The notes: generated by a model not told the origin, from the sequence alone. A DNA stretch of 63,954 nucleotides, filler included, from Candidatus Eiseniibacteriota bacterium (GCA_043809585.1; 5 parts of 5 records of this genome joined end to end with filler, not necessarily neighbours in it); one strand, 5' to 3'. Shown: positions 29,221-40,331, numbered from the whole stretch's first letter. Numbers and translations: made by a program.

Positions 29221-29661
29221 TCACGCCCGCGCCACCAGGAGTCCCCCGATCACGACCAGAGCGGCGCCGAAGAAGAGCCGGAGCCCGTTCACTTCCCGCC
29301 ACTCGGCGAAGAGGACGAGGGCGAGGAGGGCGACGATCAGCGTGTTCATGTTGTAGAGGGGCACGAGCTTCGAGAGCGGGGCGCCGTAGCGGGCCAACCC
29401 GATGGCGACGAACCCCATCCCGAAGCCCCACGTCACGCCGACGAGCGTCGCGAAGAGGCCGGAGCGGGCGGAAAGGGTCCGGTCGGGCAGCACCCCGCCG
29501 AAAACGAAACCGGTCAGGACGACGCCCAGACCGACGAGAACGAGGTAGGGCCCGACGCCGACGCCCGCCCGGGTGCTCGTTTTCTGCAGGATGCCGGTCA
29601 TGCCGAAGAGAAGGGCGGGGAGCGCCCCGCCGATCAGGAGGCCGAGGGTCGCGGGGGACAT
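29221..29661 (-). CDS. Small EamA-like membrane protein
   Basis: About five hydrophobic segments; PL...N.LI..L...F.E motif. Confidence 0.7.
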   Translation of the reverse strand: MSPATLGLLIGGALPALLFGMTGILQKTSTRAGVGVGPYLVLVGLGVVLTGFVFGGVLPDRTLSARSGLFATLVGVTWGFGMGFVAIGLARYGAPLSKLVPLYNMNTLIVALLALVLFAEWREVNGLRLFFGAALVVIGGLLVARA

Positions 29662-29669
29662 GGCGCCTC

Positions 29670-30140
29670 CTATTCGCCGCCGTAAGGCATGGCGGGAATC
29701 TTGCCGAGAGCCCGGGCGTAGACGGTGAGCGCCCCCCGGTGGTGGGCCGTGTGGTCGGCGATCCCCTGGATCACGGCCATCCGCGGGGCGCCGGCCATGA
29801 CCGGCCCCTCCGGGATCGGAGCGAACAACTCCCGGTCGGATTTCGTCTCCACCACGGCCTTCGCGTTCGTCACGGAACGCTCGAACCATTCCATCGCCGC
29901 GCCGAGAGAGGTGACGGCGCTCGACTCTGCCATGTGCTTCTCGAAGTTCATGTCGAAGCCGGAACCGAACCCCCCCTTCATGAACCAGTCGATGCTCTGG
30001 GCGGTGTGGGAGACCTGCCCCGCCACGGTAAGCATCCCCTCGTGGGGGGCGAAGGCCGAGTCCTTCTCCTCCAGCCGGGACGTGCTGTTCCGGAAGAACT
30101 CGCGCACCATGTCGAGCTGGACGATCAATCCTTCTTTCAT
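29670..30140 (-). CDS. DinB family protein
   Basis: F.P...M.T...Q..H, HTAHHRG.L.VY.R. Confidence 0.88.
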   Translation of the reverse strand: MKEGLIVQLDMVREFFRNSTSRLEEKDSAFAPHEGMLTVAGQVSHTAQSIDWFMKGGFGSGFDMNFEKHMAESSAVTSLGAAMEWFERSVTNAKAVVETKSDRELFAPIPEGPVMAGAPRMAVIQGIADHTAHHRGALTVYARALGKIPAMPYGGE

Positions 30141-30209
30141 CGCGGGTCTTCTCCTTTCTGTTCACGAGCGCTTCCGTCCATGGGACCCTCCGTCTCGGAC
30201 GCCCGCGGT

Positions 30210-30605
30210 TTACCCCCCGGAATCGATCGGCCCGGCGAAGGCGAGCACGTGCCCGTCCGGGTCGAGGGAGTACGCCGCCCGGTGGCCCCACTCCCTCTCC
30301 CGGAGGGGCGAGAGCTCCCGGGCGCCCGCGCGAACCGCCCGGTCGTGGCAGGCGGCCGGATCATGGACGAGAACGTAGAGTTCCGCCCGGGGAACTCCGT
30401 TCGCCGGAGCCGGATCGGGGAGCGCCTCTCCGAGAAGGCGGCGGATTCCCGCCTCGGGCATGAGGCCGAGCACCGCCCCTCCCCCGAGATCGAACTCGGT
30501 CATTCCCGGAACGTGAAGCCGGGCCTCTCTTCCGAGCGCGGCCTCGTAGAACGCCGCGCTCCGATCCTGGTCCGCCACGTAGAAAATGAAATGGACGCCC
30601 TTCAC
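30210..30605 (-). CDS. VOC/glyoxalase family protein
   Basis: YVADQ.RS..FY, WG.R.AY..DPDGH. Confidence 0.88.
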   Translation of the reverse strand: MKGVHFIFYVADQDRSAAFYEAALGREARLHVPGMTEFDLGGGAVLGLMPEAGIRRLLGEALPDPAPANGVPRAELYVLVHDPAACHDRAVRAGARELSPLREREWGHRAAYSLDPDGHVLAFAGPIDSGG

Positions 30606-31510
30606 GGGGTCTCCCCTTCCTCTCTCCCGCCCACCGATTCCGGCCGGCCTCTTCGCCGCCCCCCCTCGGCGCACACGATTCCCGCCAGCATGAGCGCACA
30701 CCCGGCGAGTCCCCGGCCGGAGATCGTCTCGCCGAGAAGAAGGCGGCCGCCGAGAACGGCGAAGACCGCTTCGAGACTCAGGATGATCGCCGCCGGCCCG
30801 GGCGCCGCGTGCCTCTGCCCCGCCACCTGCAGAGTATACGCCACACCCACCGAGAGGAGTCCCCCGTAGAGGATCGGGATCGCCGCGGCCCGGATGCCCG
30901 CCGCCTCCGGCGTCTCCGTCACGATCGCCGCCCCGACGCTGAGGAGGGAGACCGTCGCGAACTGGACGGCCGCGAGAGGGATCGCGGGAAGCCGGGCCCC
31001 CCCCGACAACCGCCCGATGAGAAGCACGTGGAGGGCGAAGAAGAAGGCGCTGCCGAGAACCCACCCGTCCCCCGGGGCGAGACGGATCGGGCCGGTGACG
31101 CTCAGAAGGTAGAGTCCGGTCAAGGCGAGAATCGCGCCGGACCAGACGGCGGCGCCGGGACGCATCCCCGAGAGATACCCGAGAAGAGGGACGATGACGA
31201 CATAGAGACCGGTGATGAAGCCGGCCTTCCCCGCCGTGGTCGTGACGATGCCGATCTGCTGGAGCGACGCGCCGAGGAAGAGGACCGTTCCCGCGGCAAT
31301 GCCGGAGATCAGGATGGGCCGTGCCCGAACGGGGCCGGACCTCTTCCAGAAAGGGAGGAGCACGAGAGCGCCGAGGGCGAACCTCACGCCGTTGAATGTG
31401 AACGGCCCGACGTGGGCCATCCCCGCCCGCTGGGCGACGAACGCGAAGCCCCAGATCGCGGAGGCGAGGAGGAGGAGCCCCTCCGCTTTCCATTCCCGGG
31501 AGTTTATCAC
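30602..31510 (-). CDS. DMT/EamA transporter
   Basis: IWGFAFV, RF, KAGFITGLYVV.VP, SLEAVFA; about 10 TM. Confidence 0.92.
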   Translation of the reverse strand: MINSREWKAEGLLLLASAIWGFAFVAQRAGMAHVGPFTFNGVRFALGALVLLPFWKRSGPVRARPILISGIAAGTVLFLGASLQQIGIVTTTAGKAGFITGLYVVIVPLLGYLSGMRPGAAVWSGAILALTGLYLLSVTGPIRLAPGDGWVLGSAFFFALHVLLIGRLSGGARLPAIPLAAVQFATVSLLSVGAAIVTETPEAAGIRAAAIPILYGGLLSVGVAYTLQVAGQRHAAPGPAAIILSLEAVFAVLGGRLLLGETISGRGLAGCALMLAGIVCAEGGRRRGRPESVGGREEGETP

Positions 31511-31540
31511 CGGCGGAATCTCAGCGACCCCCTCGAAACA

Positions 31541-32731
31541 TCATGAGACAATAACCACAAACCCCTTCAAATACATGCTTTCCGGAAACGACAAGAGCAC
31601 GGGATGATCCGCCCCCGCGCCGAGCCGCCGGACCAGGCGCCCCTCCCGGCGGGCGTCGAGGGCGGCGTCCGCCACGATCTTCTGAAAGAGGTCGAACTCG
31701 AGGAGGCCGGAGCAGGAGAAGGTGACCAGCACTCCCCCCGGCCGGAGCAGGCGGAAGGCGAGCCAATTGACGTCCTTGTAGCCCCGGGCCGCCCTCGGGA
31801 TCGCGCCCTTATTGTCGGCGAACTTCGGGGGGTCGAGGACGACCATGTCGAACCGCCGGTCCTCGTCCCGGTACTTCCGGAGGACCTGGAACACGTCCCC
31901 TTCCACTTCCTCCACCGGGGAAGGATCGAGGTCGTTGTGGGCCAAGTTCTCGGCGGCGAGACGATGGGCGGCCGCGGAACTTTCCACGTTCGTCACCTTC
32001 GCCGCTCCCCCGCAGAGGGCCGCCACGGCGAAGGCCCCCGTATAGGAGAAGGCGTTCAGAACCTCCCTCCCCTCCGCGAGGGAGCGAACCACTTCCCGGT
32101 TCTCCCGTTGATCGAGATAGAACCCGGTCTTCTGCCCCCGCCGGACGTCGACGAGGAAGCCGTACTCCCCCTCCCGGAAGGGAACGAGGTCGGGGGGCTC
32201 CTCCCCCCGCAGAAGCCCGACCCGGGGAGGGAGCCCCTCCTTCTTGCGGACCGCCACTTCGGACCGCTCGAAGATCCCCCGGGCGGGAACGGAATCGGCG
32301 AGGGCCGAGACGATCGCGTCCTTCCATCGTTCCGCGCCGGCGGCGGCGAGCTGGACGACCAGATGGTCCCCGTACCGGTCGACGATCACGCCGGGGAGGC
32401 CGTCCGATTCGCCGTGGACGACCCGGTAGCCGAGGATGTCGTCGCCGAACAGGGATGTCCGGCGGGAAGCCGCTCCTTCCACACGCCGATGGAAGAACGC
32501 CTCGTCGATCTCCTCCCCTTCGTCGAAGGACCAGACCCGGACCGGGATCCGGGAAGAGGGGGAATAGGCGCCCCGGGCGAGAAAGGCCCCTTTCGAGTCC
32601 CGGATCGTGACCGTGTCTCCCCCCGCCGGATCCCCCTCCACCCGGTCCAGAGCGCCGCTGAAGATCCAAGGATGACGGCGAAGCAGGGACTTCTCCCGGC
32701 CCGGTTTCAACGTGACCGTCGGGTGATTCAT
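31541..32731 (-). CDS. rlmI: RlmI-like rRNA m5C methyltransferase
   Basis: HPWIFSG, GESDGLPG, GQKTGFYLDQR, FSYTG.F, DPP, FSCS. Confidence 0.9.
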   Translation of the reverse strand: MNHPTVTLKPGREKSLLRRHPWIFSGALDRVEGDPAGGDTVTIRDSKGAFLARGAYSPSSRIPVRVWSFDEGEEIDEAFFHRRVEGAASRRTSLFGDDILGYRVVHGESDGLPGVIVDRYGDHLVVQLAAAGAERWKDAIVSALADSVPARGIFERSEVAVRKKEGLPPRVGLLRGEEPPDLVPFREGEYGFLVDVRRGQKTGFYLDQRENREVVRSLAEGREVLNAFSYTGAFAVAALCGGAAKVTNVESSAAAHRLAAENLAHNDLDPSPVEEVEGDVFQVLRKYRDEDRRFDMVVLDPPKFADNKGAIPRAARGYKDVNWLAFRLLRPGGVLVTFSCSGLLEFDLFQKIVADAALDARREGRLVRRLGAGADHPVLLSFPESMYLKGFVVIVS

Positions 32732-32873
32732 GGTTCCCCCGCAGCCGCGCCCGGGGGCGTGCGGCGGCATGGTCGATCGGTGTCCGGTCGGGCGGCTTGC
32801 CGGAAGAGAAGCGGACCCGCGGGACGGCCCCGGGCGCGTGGAAGGCGCCGGCCCGTTCCTCGGGCCCCGAAGG

Positions 32874-33197
32874 TCAGACGGTGGCCCGGTGAATCCGCCT
32901 CTTCAGCTCGTGGATCCGCCGGCGCACGAACTTGACCTGCTTGGAGTCCCCCGCCGCGAGCGCTTCGTCCCGCTTCTTCTTGAGGGCCTTGATCCGGGCT
33001 CTCACCTTCGTCTTGTTGATCCCGACCACTTGGTGATGCGGCCGGGCCTCGATCCCGAAGGCCTCGCAGAGGGCTTTGATGAGGTTGTCCTTGTGCATCG
33101 TGCTGTGGCCGTGAACCGCGTCGTGATCGACGCCCTTGGCGATCTCCCGGAGCTCCGCGACGTTCATCTCACGCAGTTCTTCGAATGTGTGGGCCAT
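32874..33197 (-). CDS. Small protein with Rho N-terminal-like domain and basic coiled tail
   Basis: L..M.V.ELREIAK...M.K..LI pattern. Confidence 0.7.
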   Translation of the reverse strand: MAHTFEELREMNVAELREIAKGVDHDAVHGHSTMHKDNLIKALCEAFGIEARPHHQVVGINKTKVRARIKALKKKRDEALAAGDSKQVKFVRRRIHELKRRIHRATV

Positions 33198-33479
33198 CGA
33201 TTCTCCTCCGGACCCCGGGGCGGGGTCGATTCGTTGTCGAAACGATCGTCCGAGATCATGGGGTTGTCCTAACCATTATCACATTTCGGCGGGTGAAACC
33301 AGGGGGACGTTTCCCGGGATCCGTGGGAGGAAACCGAGGTCACGGGGGATGGGTTCCGCTTCTTCCCCCTCGGCCGAGGGGACGGGGACTCGCGTTTCGA
33401 GGGAGGCCTTCGTCCGGCGCTTCGCCTGTCTCTTCCCAGACGGTTTTCGGGGCCCGAGGGTTGCGGCCATTCCGGCCCG

Positions 33480-34253
33480 TCATTCCGGTTTGACGGCGCG
33501 GGTGGCGATGAAGACATCCGTGTACTCGGAGAGAGCATCGCCTTCGGGGAAGCGATCCTCGTAGAAGCCCCGAAGAACGAACCCGGCTTCGATCTGGCCG
33601 CCGATCTGCTCGGTGAGGGAGTGGCTCCACTCGAACGGGCTCCCTTCGGCGATCAGCTTCTCCCTCTCCCCGGCGTCGAGGTCGGCGGCGTCGGCGTAGG
33701 GGAGTCGGTTCCGGACGACGAGGCGCCCTTCCCCGCACTCCTTCTCGCCGACGAGGTAGAGCACGGGATTCGTGAAGCCGGCGAGGAGGGCGCCCCCCGG
33801 CCGGAGCACGCGGAAGGCCTCCCGCCAGACCCGGTCGATCCGGGGGGCGAAACAATTGGAAACGGGATGGACCACGAGATCGAACCCGTCGTCCCCGAAG
33901 GCGCCGAGATCGGCCATGTCCCCCCGCACGGTCTCGATCGCGAGGCCCTCCCGGTCCGCCACCTCCCGGTCCCGGGCGAGCTGGCGGGGGGAATTGTCGA
34001 AGACGGTCACATCCGCGCCCGCGGCGGCGAGGATCGGCCCTTGCTGGCCGCCGCCGGAAGCGAGGCCGAGCACCTTGGCTCCCCCGAGGGGCGGGAACCA
34101 CTCCGCCGGAACCGGCTTCGTCGGCGTGAGGATGATCGACCACTCCCCCCGGCGGGCCGCGGCGATCCGCTCGGGGGAGACCGCGACCGTCCAAGGATTG
34201 CCCCGCTCCACCTGGCGGTCCCACGCGTCGGCGTTGTATTTTCGATAGTCCAT
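33480..34253 (-). CDS. Class I SAM-dependent methyltransferase
   Basis: [27 protein letters not shown]. Confidence 0.92.
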   Translation of the reverse strand: MDYRKYNADAWDRQVERGNPWTVAVSPERIAAARRGEWSIILTPTKPVPAEWFPPLGGAKVLGLASGGGQQGPILAAAGADVTVFDNSPRQLARDREVADREGLAIETVRGDMADLGAFGDDGFDLVVHPVSNCFAPRIDRVWREAFRVLRPGGALLAGFTNPVLYLVGEKECGEGRLVVRNRLPYADAADLDAGEREKLIAEGSPFEWSHSLTEQIGGQIEAGFVLRGFYEDRFPEGDALSEYTDVFIATRAVKPE

Positions 34254-34308
34254 GGGCGGCTCCTGTCGGAGGGGGGCAGCGTCTCACAACGAAAACGCCA
34301 AGAGTCTA

Positions 34309-34420
34309 CCTTGATGCTCCGAAAAACTCACTCGTCTTGTGCCAACTCGGGGAGCCGGGGGGTCAATCTTCATCCGGCAGAAACTGCGGCCCTTGATTCG
34401 GTGGGAGCGGGAGCATCAGT
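34309..34420. mobile_element. Degenerate MITE related to 15436-15510
   Basis: Shares AAACTCAC.CGTC...GCCAACTCGGGGAGCC.GGGGGT with 15436; ends CCTTGATGCTCC / GGAGCATCAGT. Confidence 0.6.
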
Positions 34421-34427
34421 TCCTCGC

Positions 34428-35036
34428 TCATGCCCCGGCCCCTCTCCGCGGCGACCCGCCGGCGAGTCGCGCGACCTCCCGGTGCCGGAAACAATCCACG
34501 GTGTGGTCGTTCACCATCCCGACGGTCTGCATGAAGGCGTAGCAGATCGTGGGCCCCACGAATCGAAACCCCCGCTCCTTCAGGTCTTTGCTGAGGGCCT
34601 CCGCCTCGGGGGTCTTCGCCGGGATCTCCCGGAGATGGCGGAAGCGGTTCGTCCTCGGCTTCCCCCCCACGAATCTCCAGACGTAGGCTTCGAAGGACCC
34701 GAACTCCTTCGCCGTGTCGAGAAAGGCCCGGGCGTTGGAGAGGGCGGACTCGACCTTGAGGCGATTGCGGACGATCCCGGGGTCCTCCAGAAGACGCCCG
34801 ATCTTCGCGGCGTCGAACCGGGCGACCCGCTTCGGATCGAAACCGGCGAAGGCCTTCCGGTAGTTCTCTCTCTTCTTCAAGATCGTCTCCCACGAGAGGC
34901 CCGCCTGGGCCCCCTCGAGAACCAGGAACTCGAAGAGGACCCGGTCGTCGTGGACCGGCACGCCCCACTCCCGGTCGTGATAGTCGATGGATCGCTCGCT
35001 CACCGCCCACACGCAGCGGCGGATTCCCCCGCTCAC
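34428..35036 (-). CDS. tag: DNA-3-methyladenine glycosylase I
   Basis: RC.W, YHD.EWG, LEGAQAGLSW, RNRLK, GFRFVGPT, DH..DC. Confidence 0.95.
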   Translation of the reverse strand: MSGGIRRCVWAVSERSIDYHDREWGVPVHDDRVLFEFLVLEGAQAGLSWETILKKRENYRKAFAGFDPKRVARFDAAKIGRLLEDPGIVRNRLKVESALSNARAFLDTAKEFGSFEAYVWRFVGGKPRTNRFRHLREIPAKTPEAEALSKDLKERGFRFVGPTICYAFMQTVGMVNDHTVDCFRHREVARLAGGSPRRGAGA

Positions 35037-35638
35037 GCTTTCCTCCTCGTCCCCGCCGGCCGGAGATGGCGCCTCATGATCACCCGCGCCTTCGATGGAC
35101 GGGCGCACTCGCGGAAACCGGCCGCTTCGAAGAGGGCGGGCACGCCCATGAAGCTGGAGACGGGAGGGAGTTCCTTCCCCCGGGGCGCCGTGGGATAGGC
35201 CTCCACGATCTTGGCGCCCCGGCTCCGGGCGTAATCGACCGCTCCCCGGAGGACCCGGAGGGCGACCCCCTTTCCGCGGTGACCCCTGGCGACGAAGAGA
35301 CAGACGATCGACCAGACCGGACGGTCGTCGAGCCGTTTCAAGACCGGCGACCGTTCGACGGACGGGTAGCTCTCCCGGGGGGCGATGGAACACCACGCCA
35401 CCGGCTTTCCCATTTCGTAGGCGAGCACGCCGGGAATGTCGCCCCCTTCGACGATGCGCTTCATGGCGCGACGGTTCCCCTCTCCCTGGTTCTTCTCGAA
35501 CTCCTTCCGGGTGAGGCGCCACCACATGCACCAACAGCCGGCATACGCCCCCTTCGGTCCGAAGAGGGCTTCGAAGTCCCCCCACCGGCTCTTCGTGAGG
35601 GGTAGGACTTCAAGACCGGCGTTCTTCTTTGACGCCAC
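35033..35638 (-). CDS. GNAT acetyltransferase
   Basis: CWCMWW, WCSIAPR, HRGKG, EAYP, GF. Confidence 0.88.
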   Translation of the reverse strand: MASKKNAGLEVLPLTKSRWGDFEALFGPKGAYAGCWCMWWRLTRKEFEKNQGEGNRRAMKRIVEGGDIPGVLAYEMGKPVAWCSIAPRESYPSVERSPVLKRLDDRPVWSIVCLFVARGHRGKGVALRVLRGAVDYARSRGAKIVEAYPTAPRGKELPPVSSFMGVPALFEAAGFRECARPSKARVIMRRHLRPAGTRRKA

Positions 35639-35859
35639 GGCGACTCTCCTTATCTCGGGGGGGCCAACGGAATGAGGGCGGAGACCGCGCCGGCAACATC
35701 GCAGAAGTCGCGGGCGCCTCCGGCGTCCGGAACGGCCAGGTCGACCCATGCGATCGTTCCCGGCTTCATCTCATCATTCCCCCTTTCCGGGCCCGAGGGG
35801 ACCGTACCCGGGTTCTAACCGATCCGGGGGCGCCGGGTCAAGGAGAGGCGATCGTCACG

Positions 35860-35913
35860 GTCTCTCGCCTCGCGATCCGGATCCCCGCGACGGAATCTCG
35901 TGCATGATCCAGG
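35860..35913. repeat. Right-end remnant of MITE family B
   Basis: GCGATCCG...GACGGA...TGCATGATCCAGG then CTAG, like 28062-28107. Confidence 0.55.
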
Positions 35914-36287
35914 CTAGGGAATCTCCGGCGGGCCCGTTCCCGGCCGGATTCCGTCGGAGTCGAGGACGCGGCGGACCCGCTGCCCCGATCCGCTCTTCCC
36001 CGCGGGCGTGCAGAGCCCCCACTTCAAGCAGGTCCCCGCCGATCATCGAAGCCGACCGGTCGCGCGTATGCGTTTCATGGAGGGAGAACACGAAGTTCCG
36101 GCCGGGCCTTCACGCACGATTTCCTCCTCCCCCGATCGTCCCCTTGTTCCCGGGCCGCGGTGCGGCTATGCTCGGATCCGCAGGTCGAACCCGGCAGCGG
36201 CCCCGTCCGGGGGGCGGGCCGGGCGTCCATCGTAAACTCCGAATCGAGATCGGAAGGCATCGTCCCGTCCGGTCGATCGAGGGATCC

Positions 36288-37994
36288 ATGAATCGAAGCC
36301 GACTCTCCGTTTTCATCATCCTCGGGGCCGTCCTTCTCTTCCCGTCCGCCGTACCGGCCCTCACGCCCGACGCGAACATGTCCCGTGACGAGATCCCGGA
36401 CCTCTACAAGTGGGACCTCTCTCCCCTGATCGGCGGGGACGGCGCGTTCGAGGGGGACCTCGCGAAGGTGAACGGGATGCGCGACCGGCTCGGCGGATAC
36501 CGGGGGGCCCTCGGCTCCCCCGCCAAACTCCGGGAGTGCCTCGATCTCTACTTCGAGACCCGGCTCGCCACGAACCGGCTGACCCTTTACGCCGGACTCC
36601 GCTTCGACTCCCACCAGACCTCGACGGACCTGCAGGCGATGAACGACCGGGCCCTCGCGGCGATGAACGCCCTCATGGCGGAGGCTTCATTCATCCGCCT
36701 CGAGATCCTCGCCCTGGGCGACGGGGCGATGGAGAAGGCGTACCGGACCGAGCCCGCCCTCGCGGATTACCGGCCGTACATCGATGAGATCCGCCGCCGC
36801 CAGGGCCGGGTGCTCGGCGCCGAGGCGGAGCGCGTCCTCTCCCTCGCCGGCGACAACCAATGGGCCGAGATCGACCTGAACGAGCTCCCCTCGGACCACG
36901 AGAAGACCTTCGGCGCCATGCTGAGCGACCTTCCCCTTCCGGCAATCACCGACGAGAAGGGCGAGGAGGTGCGGCTCACCTTCTCGAACTACGGGCGATA
37001 CCGCCGTTCCGCGGACCGGCGGGTCCGGCGGGACGCCGTGGAAGGCGTGTTCGGCGCCCTCCGTGACCACCAGCACGTGCTCGCCGCGACGATGGCCGGC
37101 CAGGCGAACTTCTCCGTCTTCCTCGCCCGATCCCGCGGCTACGAGACCGCCCTGGACGCCTACCTGGACATGGAGAACATCGACCCCGCCGTCTACCGGA
37201 ATCTGATCGACGCGGTCCGGGCCAACCTGGGGCCCCTCCATCGTTACGTGGACCTCCGCAAGAAGATCATGGGAATCGACGATCTCCACGTGTACGACCT
37301 GTACACTCCTCTCGTCTCGAGCGTGGAGGCGGCCTACACCTACGACGACGCGATGCGGATCCTGCCCGAAGCCCTCGCCCCCCTCGGCGAGGAATACGGC
37401 CGGGTCCTCCGGGAGGGGATGGACACCGGGAACGGATGGATCGACCTCTATCCCCACTTGGGGAAAGAGAGCGGCGCCTTCAGCGCGAACCTCTACGGCG
37501 TCCATCCGTATGTGAAGATGAACTACTTCGACGACACGGACGGGCTCTTCACGCTCGCCCATGAGTACGGCCACGCCCTGCACACCCACCTCTCGTCGAC
37601 CCACCAGCCCTACGTGACCGCCGACTACGCGAGCTTCATTGCCGAGGTCGCATCGACGTGCGACGAGATGCTCCTCACCGACTACATGATCGCCCGCGCG
37701 AAGACGAAAGAGGAGAAGCTCTCGATCCTGAACGAGCTGCTCGAAAGCATCCGGACCACCATCTACCGGCAGACCCTCTTCGCCGAGTTCGAGCTCGCCT
37801 TCCACACCGCGGCGGAAGCGGGGACCCCCCTGACGGCGGACCTGCTCGACCGGATGTACGCCGACCTGATCCGCGTCTACTACGGCGACTCCTTCGCGAT
37901 CGGCGAGAACGACGGGATGGAGTGGTCGTACATCGGCCACTTCTACTACAAGTTCTACATGTACACCTACGCCACCGGCCTCTCGTCGGGCATC
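36288..37994 (+). CDS. pepF: Secreted oligoendopeptidase F (M3B), truncated by contig end
   Basis: Signal peptide; KWDL, WID, K.SGAF, TLAHEYGH, AEVAS, RQTLFAEFE. Confidence 0.92.
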
Positions 37995-38094
37995 NNNNNN
38001 NNNNNNNNNNNNNNNNNNNNNNNNNNNNNNNNNNNNNNTTAATTAATTAANNNNNNNNNNNNNNNNNNNNNNNNNNNNNNNNNNNNNNNNNNNN

Positions 38095-38235
38095 GTCGAT
38101 TTCGGCAGATCATCGCGATTCCTGGCGAGGTGCGATGACGACGGCGTACCAATAGGTACATCGAGGAAGAGCAACGAAGCCAGGGACCGTGAGGGGCGGC
38201 GAAACTGGTGACGAACTTCTAATTCGGGACACTAG
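38095..38235. mobile_element. End of repeated mobile element family C, copy 1
   Basis: 141 bp identical to 52173-52313; ends AATTCGGGACA then CTAG; both copies at contig starts. Confidence 0.8.
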
Positions 38236-38705
38236 GGCGTGTACACGAAATCGCGAAGGGGACTCCGTCCGATCGGGGTCCCCTCTTCGTTGAACGCCGT
38301 CACCTGCCAGAAGTAGATGTTCCCCTCGTCGAGGGCGCCGGACCACGCGGGCATGAGATCGAGCAGGTTCTCCCCGCGCTTCGGCCCCTCGAAGACGACG
38401 GCCTCGGTCATGGCCATGATCACCACCTGGTAGGCCCCCGCCTCGGGAAAACGGTACCAGGTGAAGCGGACCGGGGCGCCCCGGAACCCGGGCGCCGGGT
38501 AATCGAGCTTCACGTAGCCCTGGCTGGTCATCTCCTCCTTTTCAGGCGCCGTCGCGGGCGGCGGCGGGGCGGGCACCGCTTCCTTATCCCGGGGGATGAA
38601 GACCGGCTCCACATTCTCCGCGACCGTCTTCCCCCCGCATCCGGCCCCCGCGATCGCGAGGGCGGCGGCGGCCAGGGCCCCGATCCGGATCCACTTTCGA
38701 TTCAT
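38232..38705 (-). CDS. Hypothetical lipoprotein with Ig/FN3-like C-terminus
   Basis: Lipobox AGAG-C; FTW...Y.V...YFWQVTA beta pattern. Confidence 0.75.
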   Translation of the reverse strand: MNRKWIRIGALAAAALAIAGAGCGGKTVAENVEPVFIPRDKEAVPAPPPPATAPEKEEMTSQGYVKLDYPAPGFRGAPVRFTWYRFPEAGAYQVVIMAMTEAVVFEGPKRGENLLDLMPAWSGALDEGNIYFWQVTAFNEEGTPIGRSPLRDFVYTP

Positions 38706-38809
38706 CGACGGTCCTCCCCTGAGGTGGCTCCCGCCCATCATCCCCGAGCGTCCCCGCCCGGTCAAGCCTCCGCCCTTCCCCGCCGAACCTCGGGAAGCGG
38801 AGGCAGTCC

Positions 38810-40249
38810 ATGGGCGATCGAGGAAAGCTGGGCGCGAAGGACCACGGGTTCGTGGGAATCTACGCCATAACATTGACGGCGGACGACGGGGTGCGCCTCG
38901 GAAGGGCTTTCGGCGGGTCGGTGACCGCGGGCCGGAGGGAAGGGGGCGGCGGCCCGGCCCGGATCGCCCTCGGATTCGACCTCAGGCCCGGCTCTTGGGA
39001 ACTCCAGAACGCGGTGGTCCGGGGACTCGCGTCCGAGGGGGTGAGCGTGATCCATGTCGGCAACGCCGGCGCGGCCCTCGTCCTCTTCGCGGCGGCCCGC
39101 CTGAAGCTGGACGGCGCCGTGGTCGTCGGGGGCGGCCCTCGCCCCGCCCACTGGAACGGCGTCCGCTTCTACCGTGAAGGGCGCCCCCTCGGGGCGGACG
39201 AGATCGGCGCCCTCCGCTGCCGGGCCTTCGACATGAGCTCCCGGGACATCCTCCCCTTCTCGGGGGAAGTGACTTACCTGAACCTGGCGCCCGACTACCT
39301 GCGCGCCATGGAACAGGAGTTCGAAGAGACGACCCGCTCCCTCCGCCGCCGCCCCCTCCGCGTGGCGGTGGCGACCCTCCCCGGAACGGCCTCCCTCGTC
39401 GCCCCCCACGCCCTTCGCCGCGTCGGGTGCCGCGTGGTGCGCATCGGCCGGGAAAGTCTCGGGGGGGACCGGGGAGAAATGACCGGTCTCTCGGAAGGCG
39501 TTCTCCTCCGCCGGCTCGGCGAGGGGGTGCGCCGCTCCGGCGCCGAGGTAGGCTTCGTTCTGGACGGCGACGGCGCCCGGCTCCACGTGCTGGATTCGGA
39601 CGGAGGTCCGGCTCCCCCCGACTTCATCGCCGCTCTGATCGTTCGCGGCCTCCCCCACGCGCCGGTCGTGGCCGCGGACATACGGTCGGGCGACCTGATC
39701 GAGAAGCCGGTGAGCGACCGGCGCGGGCGACTTGAATGGTCGGGCCCCGGGGAAAGCTCCCTCGAAGAGAAGCTCCGGGGCACGGGGGCGGTCTTCGCCG
39801 CCGGCGCCGACGGTCTCTGCCTTTTCGCCGACCGGGGCGCTCCGCGTCCGGACGGGATCTACACCGCCCTCCGTCTCATCGAGTCCTTCACCCGGATCCG
39901 GGATCGGGAGGGCCGGGATCTCCGTCTCCGGGAGGCCCTGCCCGGGTCGGAGCGGTTCCGGGCACCCGAGCGGGTGATCCAAGGCCGTGGCAGCCGGACC
40001 ATCCTCCACCGATTCCGGGAAATCCTGGAGATCGAGGAGTGGCAGCCCCGCTCCGTGGTCCATGTCCCGGGGGCCGCCGTTCGCGTCCGCTTTGACGATT
40101 CGTGGGGCGTCCTCTACCGGGCGCCGGAGACGGCCGACCTTCACCTCCGCTTCGAAGCCCGCACGGAAGAGGCGTTCCACCGGACCGGCGACTTCCTCCG
40201 GGACGTCCTCGAGCGGGCGAGGGAGACCGCCGTCCCCGCTCCGGCTTGA
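38810..40249 (+). CDS. Phosphomannomutase/phosphoglucomutase-fold protein with degenerate active site
   Basis: GFDLRPGS, WNGVRF, DGDGAR, DGI, LRFEA fit the fold; SHN missing. Confidence 0.8.
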   Translation: MGDRGKLGAKDHGFVGIYAITLTADDGVRLGRAFGGSVTAGRREGGGGPARIALGFDLRPGSWELQNAVVRGLASEGVSVIHVGNAGAALVLFAAARLKLDGAVVVGGGPRPAHWNGVRFYREGRPLGADEIGALRCRAFDMSSRDILPFSGEVTYLNLAPDYLRAMEQEFEETTRSLRRRPLRVAVATLPGTASLVAPHALRRVGCRVVRIGRESLGGDRGEMTGLSEGVLLRRLGEGVRRSGAEVGFVLDGDGARLHVLDSDGGPAPPDFIAALIVRGLPHAPVVAADIRSGDLIEKPVSDRRGRLEWSGPGESSLEEKLRGTGAVFAAGADGLCLFADRGAPRPDGIYTALRLIESFTRIRDREGRDLRLREALPGSERFRAPERVIQGRGSRTILHRFREILEIEEWQPRSVVHVPGAAVRVRFDDSWGVLYRAPETADLHLRFEARTEEAFHRTGDFLRDVLERARETAVPAPA

Positions 40250-40331
40250 TCCTTCAAACTCCTCACCCGATAAAGAATTAGACGCACCCGCCGATACTTG
40301 GTTCGGGGAGGGACCCCGGGAGACAGGCGCA

